64,000 nt of DNA, from the NCBI GenBank assembly GCA_963754925.1, contig CAVWHX010000007.1, forward strand, positions 96,001 to 160,000, in the 5' to 3' direction. How positions within the stretch are numbered: position 1 is the first letter of the stretch; every line of letters starts with the position of its first letter. Of this stretch, positions 1 through 9,959 are shown one piece after another. A program made the position numbers and the translations under genes. Source of the stretch: an uncultured delta proteobacterium (GTDB lineage: Bacteria > Myxococcota > B64-G9). The notes under the pieces were generated by a model. The model did no database searches. It was given only the letters and a program-made list of their open reading frames with translations, and was not told the DNA's origin.

Positions 1-290
1 CTTTTCATGAAACCGAGACACGCCGGGGTGGGTTTGTGGTCCGCGTCGTAGGCGAGCTCAACCTTGGGGCCAATGATCTCCTCGTCCACATCACTCTGTT
101 GTTCGGGCAGCCCACTCGCGAGAAGAGCTAGTCGGCGCGGCGTGCCCATGGTCCGCACGTGCGCCGCCGGACCGCTGACCAGGCGGGACGCCGCGAGAGC
201 TTCGGTAAAACCTTCTGCCAGCGCCTGCAAGGCGGGCGGCAGAAACCGCGCGGGTATTTCCTCGCAGCCAACCTCAAGTAAAAAATCCAT
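1..290 (-). CDS. glyS: Glycyl-tRNA synthetase beta subunit, 5' part (runs off window; apparent frameshift near nt 55)
   Basis: Manual translation from ATG 290: MDFLLEVGCEEIPARFL...TPRRLA...GPK, continuing in another frame as AYDADHKPTPACLGFMK; directly downstream of glyQ. Confidence 0.9.
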   Translation of the reverse strand, partial: MDFLLEVGCEEIPARFLPPALQALAEGFTEALAASRLVSGPAAHVRTMGTPRRLALLASGLPEQQSDVDEEIIGPKVELAYDADHKPTPACLGFMK

Positions 291-1184
291 CTATACACCT
301 TCAACGAGCGGCCACCCGAGACGCTCACGCTCGGCCAGGTAGCTGACTGCGCACTGGTGGGCTAGCGCCCGCACCCGACCGATGTATGCCTGACGCTCGG
401 TAACACTGATGGCGCCCCGGGCGTCAAGAAGGTTAAAAACATGCGAGCTTTTCAAGGTGTAATCGTACGCGGGCAATACCTGCGAACGTTTGCTGCGCTC
501 GGCCATTTTTGCCAGGCGCGCGCCTTCTTTCTCATACATTTCAAACAGCCGCAGGAGCATCTCATTATCGGCCTGATGAAAGTTGTATTCAGAAAATTCC
601 ACTTCCCCCTGATGGAACAATTGTCGATAGGTCACCTGCTCATTCCAGTGAAGGTCAAACACATTGTGGACATCTTGAAGCAGCATGGCCAAACGCTCTA
701 ATCCGTAGGTCAACTCAACCATGATGGGCTTGAGGTCAAAACCGCCGCATTGCTGAAAGTAGGTAAATTGGGTCACTTCCATGCCATCCAACCATACCTC
801 CCATCCGAGACCCCACGCGCCCAGGGTGGGCGATTCCCAATCGTCCTCAACGAACCGAAGATCATGATCCTCCACCGGTATGCCAATATGCCGGAGGCTC
901 TCGATGTACTGATCCTGGATGTCAAGCGGCGATGGTTTCAAGACGGCTTGAAACTGATGATGCTGATGGAGCCGATTGGGATTTTCTCCAAAACGACCGT
1001 CGGTAGGACGCCGCGATGGTTCCACATAGGCCGCGCGCCAGGGCTCAGGTCCGAGTGAACGCAAAAAAGTCGCTGGGTTAAACGTACCTGCCCCTTTCTC
1101 AAGATCGTACGGTTGGAGTAGCAAACACCCCTTATCCGCCCAGTAATCTTGAAGCCTAAAAATCAGCTGCTGAAAAGTGACCAC
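291..1184 (-). CDS. glyQ: Glycyl-tRNA synthetase alpha subunit
   Basis: [53 protein letters not shown] motifs. Confidence 0.98.
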   Translation of the reverse strand: MVTFQQLIFRLQDYWADKGCLLLQPYDLEKGAGTFNPATFLRSLGPEPWRAAYVEPSRRPTDGRFGENPNRLHQHHQFQAVLKPSPLDIQDQYIESLRHIGIPVEDHDLRFVEDDWESPTLGAWGLGWEVWLDGMEVTQFTYFQQCGGFDLKPIMVELTYGLERLAMLLQDVHNVFDLHWNEQVTYRQLFHQGEVEFSEYNFHQADNEMLLRLFEMYEKEGARLAKMAERSKRSQVLPAYDYTLKSSHVFNLLDARGAISVTERQAYIGRVRALAHQCAVSYLAERERLGWPLVEGV

Positions 1185-1310
1185 GGAGGCTCCTCAATTA
1201 ATCGGCGGCACGCTATCATTCACTCCTAACGATGTCAACTCATGAGTACATTTTATAGAGGTCAGTTACGTGCGGGTTCCGGGTGTTCGGTCTGACCCAT
1301 CAAAATTTTT

Positions 1311-2096
1311 TTACTGAGCGGCAATCAATTCCTTGAGTTGCCGGGCATTGGCGACCGCCATGCCGCGGGGGTGGTTATTGGCAAAGACAAACACCTCGGC
1401 AGCCGCGGTCTGCATGCGCTTGATCCGCGGCACCCATTCCTGAAGATCTTCCTGGCTATACAAATAATCGTACCGTTCTGCGGCCTGCGCATACTTCCAC
1501 CACTTCTCAGCGTTACGCCCATGCAGGCGCACGTAGGCGATGGATGCGGTAACCACCTCAAGCGGCGGAATCAGGTCCTTAAGCCGCGGCTCATCGACGC
1601 AACAAAACCCGAGTCCCCGGGCGCGCAGCCAGGAAAACACCTCCTCCCGCACCCAATCCTTGCCGCGAAATTCGACCACGCACGGCAATCCCCTCAACAA
1701 ATCCTGCAATCGCTCGACGAACACTCGCTCCCCCACTCCGTTATGGAAGGAGTGGGGAAATTGCAACAACACACAGCCGAAGCGGCCGGCTTCAACCAGA
1801 GGCCGCACCCCCTCGAAAAACAGTCGCGTAGCTGGTTGCGGGTCGCTGCGATCGTGGGTAAGCTCCGCGCTCGCTTTTACCGTAAAGGTAACGCGACCCT
1901 GTGACTTTTTTAGAATGCCCTCCATGGTTCGAGCCGTCGGCATGCGGTAGTAGGTGAAATTCAACTCGCAGGCGTCGAACAGATCCTTGTATAAAGATAG
2001 AAATCGGGTCTTCGGGGTTCCGGCTGGATACACCGGCCCGATCCAGTCATCGTACGAATAGCCGGAGGTGCCGATATGGATCATCTTGTAGCCCAC
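1311..2096 (-). CDS. DUF72 (YecE/YunF-like) TIM-barrel protein
   Basis: IGTSGYSY, ELNFTYYRMP, LLQFP, VEFR, YVRLHGRN, YDYLYS, FANNH motifs. Confidence 0.9.
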   Translation of the reverse strand: MGYKMIHIGTSGYSYDDWIGPVYPAGTPKTRFLSLYKDLFDACELNFTYYRMPTARTMEGILKKSQGRVTFTVKASAELTHDRSDPQPATRLFFEGVRPLVEAGRFGCVLLQFPHSFHNGVGERVFVERLQDLLRGLPCVVEFRGKDWVREEVFSWLRARGLGFCCVDEPRLKDLIPPLEVVTASIAYVRLHGRNAEKWWKYAQAAERYDYLYSQEDLQEWVPRIKRMQTAAAEVFVFANNHPRGMAVANARQLKELIAAQ

Positions 2097-2221
2097 TCTG
2101 TCAACCAGTTATTGAGTTGTCAATTACCCTCCATTCCCCTAACCGGTTATTGACTTGAAAGCGACTTATTAGGTACTGTCACGCGAAACCAGAGGAAATA
2201 AATGAATAGGGATTAAGCTGA

Positions 2222-2491
2222 TCAGCGGTAAACTTCGCGCCGATGCCCAATTCGAACAATCAGGATCAGCAAACGGCCATCCTCGATGCTCGCAATGATG
2301 CGATAGTCTCCAATCCGGTATTTCCAAAAATTACCTAGCTTTGTCCCCCGCAACGCCTGGCCGATGCTGCGAGGGTCGTCAAGCGGTTCTACCCTCTCAT
2401 GAAGAAATGAAAGAATACGCTTCGTAATAGGTTTGTCGAGCTTGTCGAGCTGCTTTCGTGCGCTCGCCGTTAGCTCAATCTTCCACGCCAT
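2222..2491 (-). CDS. RelE/ParE-family toxin
   Basis: MAWKIEL...[11 protein letters not shown]...[11 protein letters not shown]...IGHRREVYR. Confidence 0.92.
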   Translation of the reverse strand: MAWKIELTASARKQLDKLDKPITKRILSFLHERVEPLDDPRSIGQALRGTKLGNFWKYRIGDYRIIASIEDGRLLILIVRIGHRREVYR

Positions 2492-2699
2492 ATTCGCGCA
2501 TCATTTCTTTTAGGGTGTAGGTTTTTTCTTCTCCTCTGCGAACGCGTTCAAGAATACGCTCGGCGAGATAGATGTCTTCAAGATCGTCAAGATGTTCAAG
2601 AATGGCCTCACGAACGTAGAAGGTCTTTGTCCTTCCGGTAGACTTTGCTAATCGATTGAGGCGTTTTTCGATTTCTGGTGATAGGCGGATTGCCAACAT
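2475..2699 (-). CDS. RelB/DUF6290-like ribbon-helix-helix antitoxin
   Basis: [51 protein letters not shown] upstream; overlaps the toxin start. Confidence 0.9.
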   Translation of the reverse strand: MLAIRLSPEIEKRLNRLAKSTGRTKTFYVREAILEHLDDLEDIYLAERILERVRRGEEKTYTLKEMMREYGVED

Positions 2700-2711
2700 A
2701 CAAACCTCCTT

Positions 2712-2731
2712 ATGCAATACAAGTATAGCAT
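2712..2731. promoter_or_regulatory. Imperfect palindrome upstream of the antitoxin, probable TA autorepression operator
   Basis: ATGCAATACAAGTATAGCAT (ATGCnATACnnGTATnGCAT) immediately 5' of the antitoxin RBS. Confidence 0.55.
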
Positions 2732-2917
2732 CCTATTAATTCTCGTCAACAACAAAGAAAACAACTCGATACAGATCAATATAGAAGTGGTTAAAGTTTC
2801 GATTGACGTGGACTTAAGACTGCGAACCAGCCGAGTCTTTGCCCCAAATGCACCCTTAAAATCGGACGGTCAGCAGTTACGTGGCGCTGCAAGTCGCTAA
2901 ACAATTCACAAGCGTCG

Positions 2918-3220
2918 TCACCGCAGTATTGCAGGTGGTACAATTCGCTGAGAGGATAGTTTTAAGCGGTTTATCGCAGCATCGAACGAGGTCTTGCAAT
3001 TGCAGGTGCTGCTCTCTGCCAGTTTCTCATAACCATTGCACCCATCGACAGCGTCTGACTCGGTAGTGCTTGAGTCGGTACCGGGAAGTGCTTGTGTTTG
3101 ACAGCCCATGGTAAAAACATGTCCGACGGCTTCATCGCATGCAGATTTACTAGATCCGCACCCGGTCACTCCAATAGCCGTTAGTGTCGCAAGAACGATA
3201 ATAATCAATGCAGTCTTCAT
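2918..3220 (-). CDS. Small Cys-rich lipoprotein (3' end may be frameshifted)
   Basis: Signal peptide with lipobox VTGC, several Cys, GAGG RBS. Confidence 0.6.
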   Translation of the reverse strand: MKTALIIIVLATLTAIGVTGCGSSKSACDEAVGHVFTMGCQTQALPGTDSSTTESDAVDGCNGYEKLAESSTCNCKTSFDAAINRLKLSSQRIVPPAILR

Positions 3221-3389
3221 AATATTCCTCTCTGCGCTGCCCTCTGGTGCTCAGAGTTAGCGCTCAATTCGTGGTGGTGCGAGTGTACGGACAACCGGCG
3301 CACCTGTCCAGAAAAAATCCCTTGTAGACTTGTCAACCACCTCACTGCGGTGGTAGCGTTAGCCAGTGTTTTTTTCGCTGGGAGGATCG

Positions 3390-5099
3390 GTGCTCAAAGA
3401 AGCAGTTTATGATTTGAACCGCATGCGACAGATCCTCCAGGTGATGGTCAAGCACGGGTTTGGCGATTTCTTGCAGCGGGCTCGAATCTTCGAGCGCACC
3501 AAGATCCGCAAACCGCAGGAGCAATTCGACAGCAGCCAGGCTCTGGCGCAGCGAATAACCGCCATGCTTACCGAGCTTGGTCCGACCTTTATCAAACTTG
3601 GCCAAATCCTGTCGACCCGCTCGGACTTGCTGCCTCCCGAATATATCCGCGCGCTTCGCGAGCTCCAGGATCACGTCGCGCCGATTCCATTCGCCGCGAT
3701 CGCCGAAACCATTCAAAACGAATTTGGTCGCTCGCCTCACGACTTGTTCAAAGTAATCGAATCCGAACCGATGGCCTCGGCCAGTATTGCCCAGGTCCAT
3801 CGCGCGGTCACCATTGACGGCCAGGAAGCGGCGGTAAAGGTTAAACGACCGCGGATAGAAAATTCGGTTCGATCGGATCTCGACATTCTGTACTATTTGG
3901 CCCACGTGCTTGAAGCCGCGATCGAGGATACCAGCCTATATGATTTGGTCGGCGTGGTGCGCGCGTTCGACTGCGCGGTCGGGCTGGAGCTGGACCTCAA
4001 CCGCGAGGCCGACAATCTACGCGCTTTTGCTAAGAACTTCAGTGCCCGCTCTAATCTAGTCATCCCGGAACCAATTATCGCGCTTTCAAACCGCAATGTG
4101 CTGACGATGACGTACCTCCAAGGAATGCATATCGACAGCGTCGAACCAGGAAGCGAACTTGCCAAGAAAGCCGCCCTGAACCTCATCGAGGGAGCGTATC
4201 AACAGGTTTTTGAAGACGGTCTGTTCCATTCCGATCCTCACCCGGGAAACCTGCTGGTGCTCCCCGACGGCCGGGTCGGCCTAATGGATTTCGGTCAGGT
4301 GGGCAAGCTCACCACGGCCATGCGCAGCACGTTGATGTTACTCGGGTTGGGAATCGTGCTGCGTGATTCCGAAACCATCTCGCGCCTGGTCTATCGGCTG
4401 GGTACAACGCAGGAGCGCGTGGACCTCAACCAGTTGCGCGAAGAGGTTCAGCGCATGCTGGAAGGCTCCCTGGATCAGGAGCTTTCTTCTATCGATACCG
4501 GCCAGGTGCTGCGGAGCTTGCTCGATTTGTCCATTCGGTATCATGTGGCCGTTCCGTCGGAATACGCGCTGGTGATCAAGGCGCTGGCCACCATCGAAGG
4601 CGTCGTGCGCCGACTCCACCCCGATCTCAACATCAGTCAGGTGGCCGCGCCGTACGTAAAGCGCTTGCTCGCCGAACGGTACAATCTCGACGACATGCGC
4701 GGCGGTCTGATGCGCTCGCTATTTCAGTTGTCCAGCGTTCTGAGCGAAGTCCCCCAGCAGATTTCACAGATTCTGATGGATATGGAAGGCGGACGCCTGT
4801 CGGTCAATGTCCGCGACCCCGAGAGCGCCAAAATCAAAAAAGTTCTCAACGGGCTCGGCGTTCAAGTGGTCTGGGGATTGATCGCGGCCGGGCTTTTGGC
4901 TGGCTCACTGCCACTGGTGCTATCGTCTGTTTCTCCCTCAATCGGAGCGTATCTTTGCCTCGGCGGCGCCGGCCTCATTGCGCTCATCACCACGGTGAGA
5001 TATTTTGTCTCGCCATTAATCGAGAAAGATCAACCTGCGCACCTGGCTCGAACGGCGCTGGGGCGAGGATATAAAGAAAAAAATCAAACCGCGCGATGA
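3390..5099 (+). CDS. ABC1/AarF/UbiB-family atypical kinase
   Basis: LGPTFIKLGQILSTR, ASASIAQVHRA, VKVKRP, FHSDPHPGN, DFG motifs; C-terminal TM helices; GTG start behind GGAGG. Confidence 0.93.
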   Translation: MLKEAVYDLNRMRQILQVMVKHGFGDFLQRARIFERTKIRKPQEQFDSSQALAQRITAMLTELGPTFIKLGQILSTRSDLLPPEYIRALRELQDHVAPIPFAAIAETIQNEFGRSPHDLFKVIESEPMASASIAQVHRAVTIDGQEAAVKVKRPRIENSVRSDLDILYYLAHVLEAAIEDTSLYDLVGVVRAFDCAVGLELDLNREADNLRAFAKNFSARSNLVIPEPIIALSNRNVLTMTYLQGMHIDSVEPGSELAKKAALNLIEGAYQQVFEDGLFHSDPHPGNLLVLPDGRVGLMDFGQVGKLTTAMRSTLMLLGLGIVLRDSETISRLVYRLGTTQERVDLNQLREEVQRMLEGSLDQELSSIDTGQVLRSLLDLSIRYHVAVPSEYALVIKALATIEGVVRRLHPDLNISQVAAPYVKRLLAERYNLDDMRGGLMRSLFQLSSVLSEVPQQISQILMDMEGGRLSVNVRDPESAKIKKVLNGLGVQVVWGLIAAGLLAGSLPLVLSSVSPSIGAYLCLGGAGLIALITTVRYFVSPLIEKDQPAHLARTALGRGYKEKNQTAR

Positions 5100-5692
5100 G
5101 ACGTCGTAACCTACCCGTCGTGGCGATGGTGATCGGATTCGGAGCCATGATGCTGTTGTGTTGTACCGATCAGGGTTGTCGGCGGGAAGCCGCTTTCCCC
5201 CCTCAGGTTGTTTTACCGGGAGCACATGACCAAGAGATCGTGGTGCAGGTTGAGGTCGCGCGGCAATCGAACGAGAGAGAACGCGGTCTCATGTTCCGCA
5301 AGGAGTTGGCGGAAAACTCCGGTATGCTCTTTGTATATCCGTCAGAAGCCCCCCTCTCCTTTTGGATGAAAAACACGTATCTGCCACTTGACATGATCTT
5401 TATCAACGATACGATGCGCATCGTTGGCATCGTCGAGAATGCCGAGCCTCTGACGCTCGATGCCCGCTCAATCAACACCCCCGCTCGTTATGTTCTTGAG
5501 GTGAATGGTTTTTTTGCGCGCCGCCACGGCATCCAACCCGGAGGCCGGGTGCGTTTTAAGATATCTCAAACCAATAACATCCGCTCTCAACGCTCACCTG
5601 ACCCGTTATCCCAACGATGCCAATCTCGGCAGTATCCCGGGAAGGTATGCTTCATTCTTTTCGCCATCGTCTTCGTTGACCTTAGGGCTTGA
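5096..5692 (+). CDS. DUF192 protein (tail after ~5565 looks non-native)
   Basis: ERGLMFR, GMLFVY, FWMKNTYLPLDMIFI, YVLEVNG motifs. Confidence 0.88.
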   Translation: MRRRNLPVVAMVIGFGAMMLLCCTDQGCRREAAFPPQVVLPGAHDQEIVVQVEVARQSNERERGLMFRKELAENSGMLFVYPSEAPLSFWMKNTYLPLDMIFINDTMRIVGIVENAEPLTLDARSINTPARYVLEVNGFFARRHGIQPGGRVRFKISQTNNIRSQRSPDPLSQRCQSRQYPGKVCFILFAIVFVDLRA

Positions 5693-5836
5693 CAGCGACA
5701 TGCATTCAGATCTATTTTTACCTGATGGTACAGGTGACAGCCGGGGACCCAAAGCTAAAGACATGAAGAAAACCAGCGTTCCTTTTCCCAATCTCCTGCG
5801 TATACTGGTTAGGCCTAATTTTAAAAAGGGGGATTT

Positions 5837-7295
5837 ATGAAAAGCACTACCAAGCTCGATGAGATAAAAAAATACAAATTAGAAGATTGGGTTAAGATAT
5901 TCGGGGAAATGTACGGGGACACCGATGCCGATAGAAATGCATCATCTCTGTGGCTTGATGTTATTAAAGAAAGTACTACCCTGGCCGGGCATGTACGGAA
6001 AGATGAATTTCAAAAAGCAATTGAAACCATACCGGATGTCTTCAGCCGTTTGGCAAGTTTTGTAGCAAAATATTCAGTAAAGTTAACCGATGCGGTCATG
6101 CGGGACGAGGGAATTGATCTTCGCCCCGACAACCATAGCAGATATTATTTGACCGAATGGGTATTGGACAAATACCCCGGTGTATGTTCAAAGTGTGCAC
6201 AAAAGCCGTGTGTTTGTCATTCCCTACAGTACGAGTGGTCAACCAAAAAAGATGGGTATCAATTCGCTGAAACTATTAAAACCCTCTTGATGAAAACGCA
6301 AGAATTGGGAATATGAAATATCCGGTAAGGTTGAACAGTTCACCGTAGAGAACGTATGCACGATGTTTAATGAGATTTATACCGGCGTTCATCATGACCC
6401 GCCGATTTCATCTCTCTGCTTTCATTTCATGGAGGAAGTGGGTGAGGTTGCAGAATTATTGCTCTCATTTAATAGTTTTCAATCCGCAAAGCTCGATACC
6501 AAAGATGGCGGCAAGCGAAGTGTGGTCCTCAATCTTGTGTCCAATCAAGCGGAGCACGAGCGGACCAGTGATATTCACAAGAAAAGTTTAAGATATTTGA
6601 ACAATGTCTTAAAGGGGAAATCGCTGATATCGTATCCTGGATAGTTGCTTTGATTAACAAAATCAATTGCCTCATCCGCGCAACACACTCTTATTATTTT
6701 ATGATCGATCAAGAAAAAAATAACGACATCACCTATAAACAGATCACGCTTTCTGAGCTATTGTTAGACCGATTTTATGATAATCGACTTGATACCTTCG
6801 TATGTCCGTATTGCGCGTCTGCGCAATGTTCACCGCAGTGCAGACAAAATCGTCTCGTACAAGAGATAGAAAATAAGGTAAGAAGAGAAGATGATTTGAT
6901 GTATGAAATAAGGAGAGCAACGGGCCAAGAACGAAGAAAATGCGTCCGGAAGTCGACGGATGACAGAATTCGGCTTGGAAACGACGATATCTATATCGTT
7001 GATATCAGCGAAAATAATATGGGATTTTTGAGCAACACCATGCTGTCTCTCAATGAAGAAAAAGAAATTATTATTAACCAAAAAAACATGGAAGAGTGTA
7101 TTAAAATTTAAAATTACACGGCCCGCGAAAGCTGATAGTAAGAAGACCGGATTCCAATATTTTCACGGAGCAGAAATATTAGGTAGGGAGAAACGCCCGA
7201 AACAAACCCCTCCGAAACAACCCCCTTCGAAAGAACCCCCTCCCCCCTCGGCGCAACGGCCGGTAAAACGTCAGGCTCGATCGAGTTCTCCTTAG
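5837..7295 (+). CDS. Probable single frameshifted gene: two MazG-like NTP-pyrophosphatase domains with CxxC knuckles plus C-terminal PilZ-like domain
   Basis: ORF pieces 5837-6316, 6363-6644, 6650-7111 and 7053-7295; HFMEEVGEVAE...GEIADIVSW (across frameshift), KYPGVCSKC, CPYC, ERRKCVRK and VDISENNMGF; lower GC than flanks. Confidence 0.6.
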
Positions 7296-7501
7296 CAATG
7301 AGCAGATGTTTTAACCACTGTGGCTTCAAGCATCGTCCATGAAAAACTTTTTTTGGTCTTTCTCGAAAAGTTCACTTTTCAGGCGGGATGAGATATCTTT
7401 AAAAAAGTGACGGAGGAATATTCACTGCCCGACGACAGTCTTAGGAACTGTATATAGGTGTATCTAAAAGGGTATCAAAGAGAAACAAGCGCTCGGATGA
7501 G

Positions 7502-8829
7502 GTGACGATGAGGAGGTTTCGGTTTCCGCGGTGGATCGTTTATGGTGTCAGTTTTTGTGTCCTCCTGATTGCCGATCTGCTCCCAATTCAGGCACAAGAG
7601 AGACCGAGCTCTGCCACTCAACAATCAGTGACGTCAGCGGTATCCCTGCGCGATGCACAGCGGCTCGCGTTGGCCAACAATTGGGATGTTCTCACGGCGC
7701 AAACAACTGTTGATGCCGCCATGGCCCAGAAGATCGTCAGCGAACAATGGCCAAATCCAAATCTTACACTTTCGACGTTCAAAATAGACGTCGACGGCCA
7801 TTCGAGTCGAACGAGTGAGGGGAAACAGTTTTTGGCAGCGTAGCTACGATACGATTGTTGCGCTCAATCAGCTTTTCGAAATCGGCAAACGGGGGAACCG
7901 CCAGGATTCGGCGCAGTCGGGACTGACAAGCGCCAGGGCGCGGCTTGCCGATGCGCGCCGCCTCCTCGAGCTTCTCGTGGCAACCAGCTACATTAACGCT
8001 CTCCAGGCCGAGGCCAACGTTGAAGTCTTATCCCAATCGGCCCACATGCTGCGCGAAGAGGCCCTTATTGCCGGTTCTCGTCTGAGCGCCGGAGATATCT
8101 CGGTGTCTGACAAAGATCAGATCGAAATCATCGCCGATCGATTTGAACTCGACGCACAAAACGCTCAGGTTGCCGCGGTGACAGCGCGAATTGAGCTGGA
8201 GCTTGCACTCGGTATCAAGGCCCCGCAGGGGAATATCCGATTGACCGATACGCTCGATGTGCTTTCGCAACAGTCACAGGATCTGCCCGCGGTTGGCGAA
8301 CCGCGGCCGGATCTCGGTGTCTGCCCAGGCGGAGGTCACACGAGCGCAGGCAGAGGTAAAGCTCCAGGTAGCTCAACGTATTCCCGATCCCATGCTCCTG
8401 GTACAGTATGAGCACGAGCCAGCGGACAAACCCAATACGATCGGTATCGGCCTTTCGTTTTCGCTCCCATTGTTTAATTTCAATAACGGTGGTATTGCGC
8501 TGGCCGAGAGCACCCACGCCCAAGCAACTACCGTGCTCGCCCGTATTCGCGCTCAGATATCGGCGCAGGAGACAATCGCCCACGTCGCCTATGAAAACGC
8601 CCAAGCCCGTATGATCCGCTATCGTGAGGTAATCCGCCCGCGCTCAGAGCAATTGCGAAAAACCATTGCCTATGCGTATTCGAAGGGTGGTGCGTCGTTG
8701 CTCGACCTTCTTGTCGCTGAACGCAGCGACAACGAGGTGCGCATCGCGACGGTCCAAGCAGCCGCCGATGCCGCAGCCGCCGCAGCGGCTCTCAAGGCCG
8801 CGCTCAACATCGTGGAGACCGCTCAATGA
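7502..8829 (+). CDS. TolC/CzcC-type outer membrane factor (two apparent frameshifts near 7825 and 8318)
   Basis: Pieces 7502-7843, 7815-8411 and 8257-8829; PNPNL, LPLFNFNNG, YSKGGASLLDLL motifs; first gene of an RND operon. Confidence 0.85.
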
Positions 8830-9959
8830 CCCAAAAATCCATCTTCGCCGTCACGCTTCTGGCTGCGATGGCAGGGTGCCACCACAAGGAAAAAATACCC
8901 GATCCGGCACCGTACCACATCGAGGGTCAAACGATCATAATTCCCTCCGGCTCACCCCAACTCGCTTCGTTGAACGTGGAACCGGTTACCCTGATGCATG
9001 GCACCGTCGTGCATATGACCGGCCGTCTGGTGTGGGATGAAGACGTCACCGTTCGAGTATTTTCACCGTTTTCGGGGCGGGTACGCCGCGTGTTGGTAGA
9101 AATCGGTCAGAGCGTGCAGCGCGGGGCTCCACTGGTCGAAATCGAATCTCCGGATTATGGACAGGCGCAAACGGATGCTCGCCGGGCCGAGACCGATTTT
9201 CAGCTCGCCGAGCGAAATCTGAGTCGCATCAACGATCTCTTTGAACACGGGGCCGCAGCGCATAAAGATATCGCCGCGGCCCAGGCCGATTACGCCCGTT
9301 CCGCATCGGAAAAAGAGCGGACCAGTGCGCGTCTCGCCGCGCTCGGCGGCAGAGACAACATCATCGACCAGGCGTTCATCCTGCGCGCGCCCCTGGTAGG
9401 GGTGGTGGCCGAAAAGAATATCAACCCGGGGCAAGAGATCCGTCCCGATCAAATGCTTTCAAACGCGCCGCCGTTATTCGTTATCACCGACCCAACTCGG
9501 CTCTGGCTGCAGCTTGACGCCTCCGAGCGCGATCTGGCCGCCTTAACGCCGGGATCGATGCTCACCGTCCACTCCCAGGCGTATCCGAGTCGTCTCTTCG
9601 AAGGGCGGCTCAATCTGGTCACCGATATGCTCGACCCGCAGACCCGCACACTCAAAGTGCGCGGCACCATAGCTAACCCGGAGCGCATGCTCAAGGCCGA
9701 GATGTATGTCAACGCAGATCTGCGCAAAAATGATCAAGACGTGATTCAAGTCGATAAGGGCGCAGTGCTCCAGCGGAATGAGAAATATTACCTTTTCATC
9801 GAGGATGGACCGGGGCGATTCACCCGGAAGATGATTACGATCGGCGCCGAGAACGATGGTCATATCACGGTAATCGAGGGGCTCAGCGAGGGGGACCGGG
9901 TGGTGGGGGAAGGCAGCTTGTTGCTAGAAGAGTGGCTTGAATCCCCGGAGGGTTCGTAG
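8826..9959 (+). CDS. RND membrane fusion protein (CzcB/CusB-like)
   Basis: Lipobox, SPFSGRV, LRAPLVGVV, DPQTRTLKVR, GLSEGDRVV motifs. Confidence 0.92.
   Translation: MTQKSIFAVTLLAAMAGCHHKEKIPDPAPYHIEGQTIIIPSGSPQLASLNVEPVTLMHGTVVHMTGRLVWDEDVTVRVFSPFSGRVRRVLVEIGQSVQRGAPLVEIESPDYGQAQTDARRAETDFQLAERNLSRINDLFEHGAAAHKDIAAAQADYARSASEKERTSARLAALGGRDNIIDQAFILRAPLVGVVAEKNINPGQEIRPDQMLSNAPPLFVITDPTRLWLQLDASERDLAALTPGSMLTVHSQAYPSRLFEGRLNLVTDMLDPQTRTLKVRGTIANPERMLKAEMYVNADLRKNDQDVIQVDKGAVLQRNEKYYLFIEDGPGRFTRKMITIGAENDGHITVIEGLSEGDRVVGEGSLLLEEWLESPEGS

Noticed and set aside
5690..5760. c-di-GMP-I riboswitch upstream of the MazG-PilZ gene
   Set aside because: Only GACAGCCGGG resembles the 3' part; the GCAAA/GAAA P2 elements are absent.
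7198..7245. 15-bp tandem repeat
   Set aside because: Explained as a Pro-rich coding tail (PKQTP-PKQPP-SKEPP).
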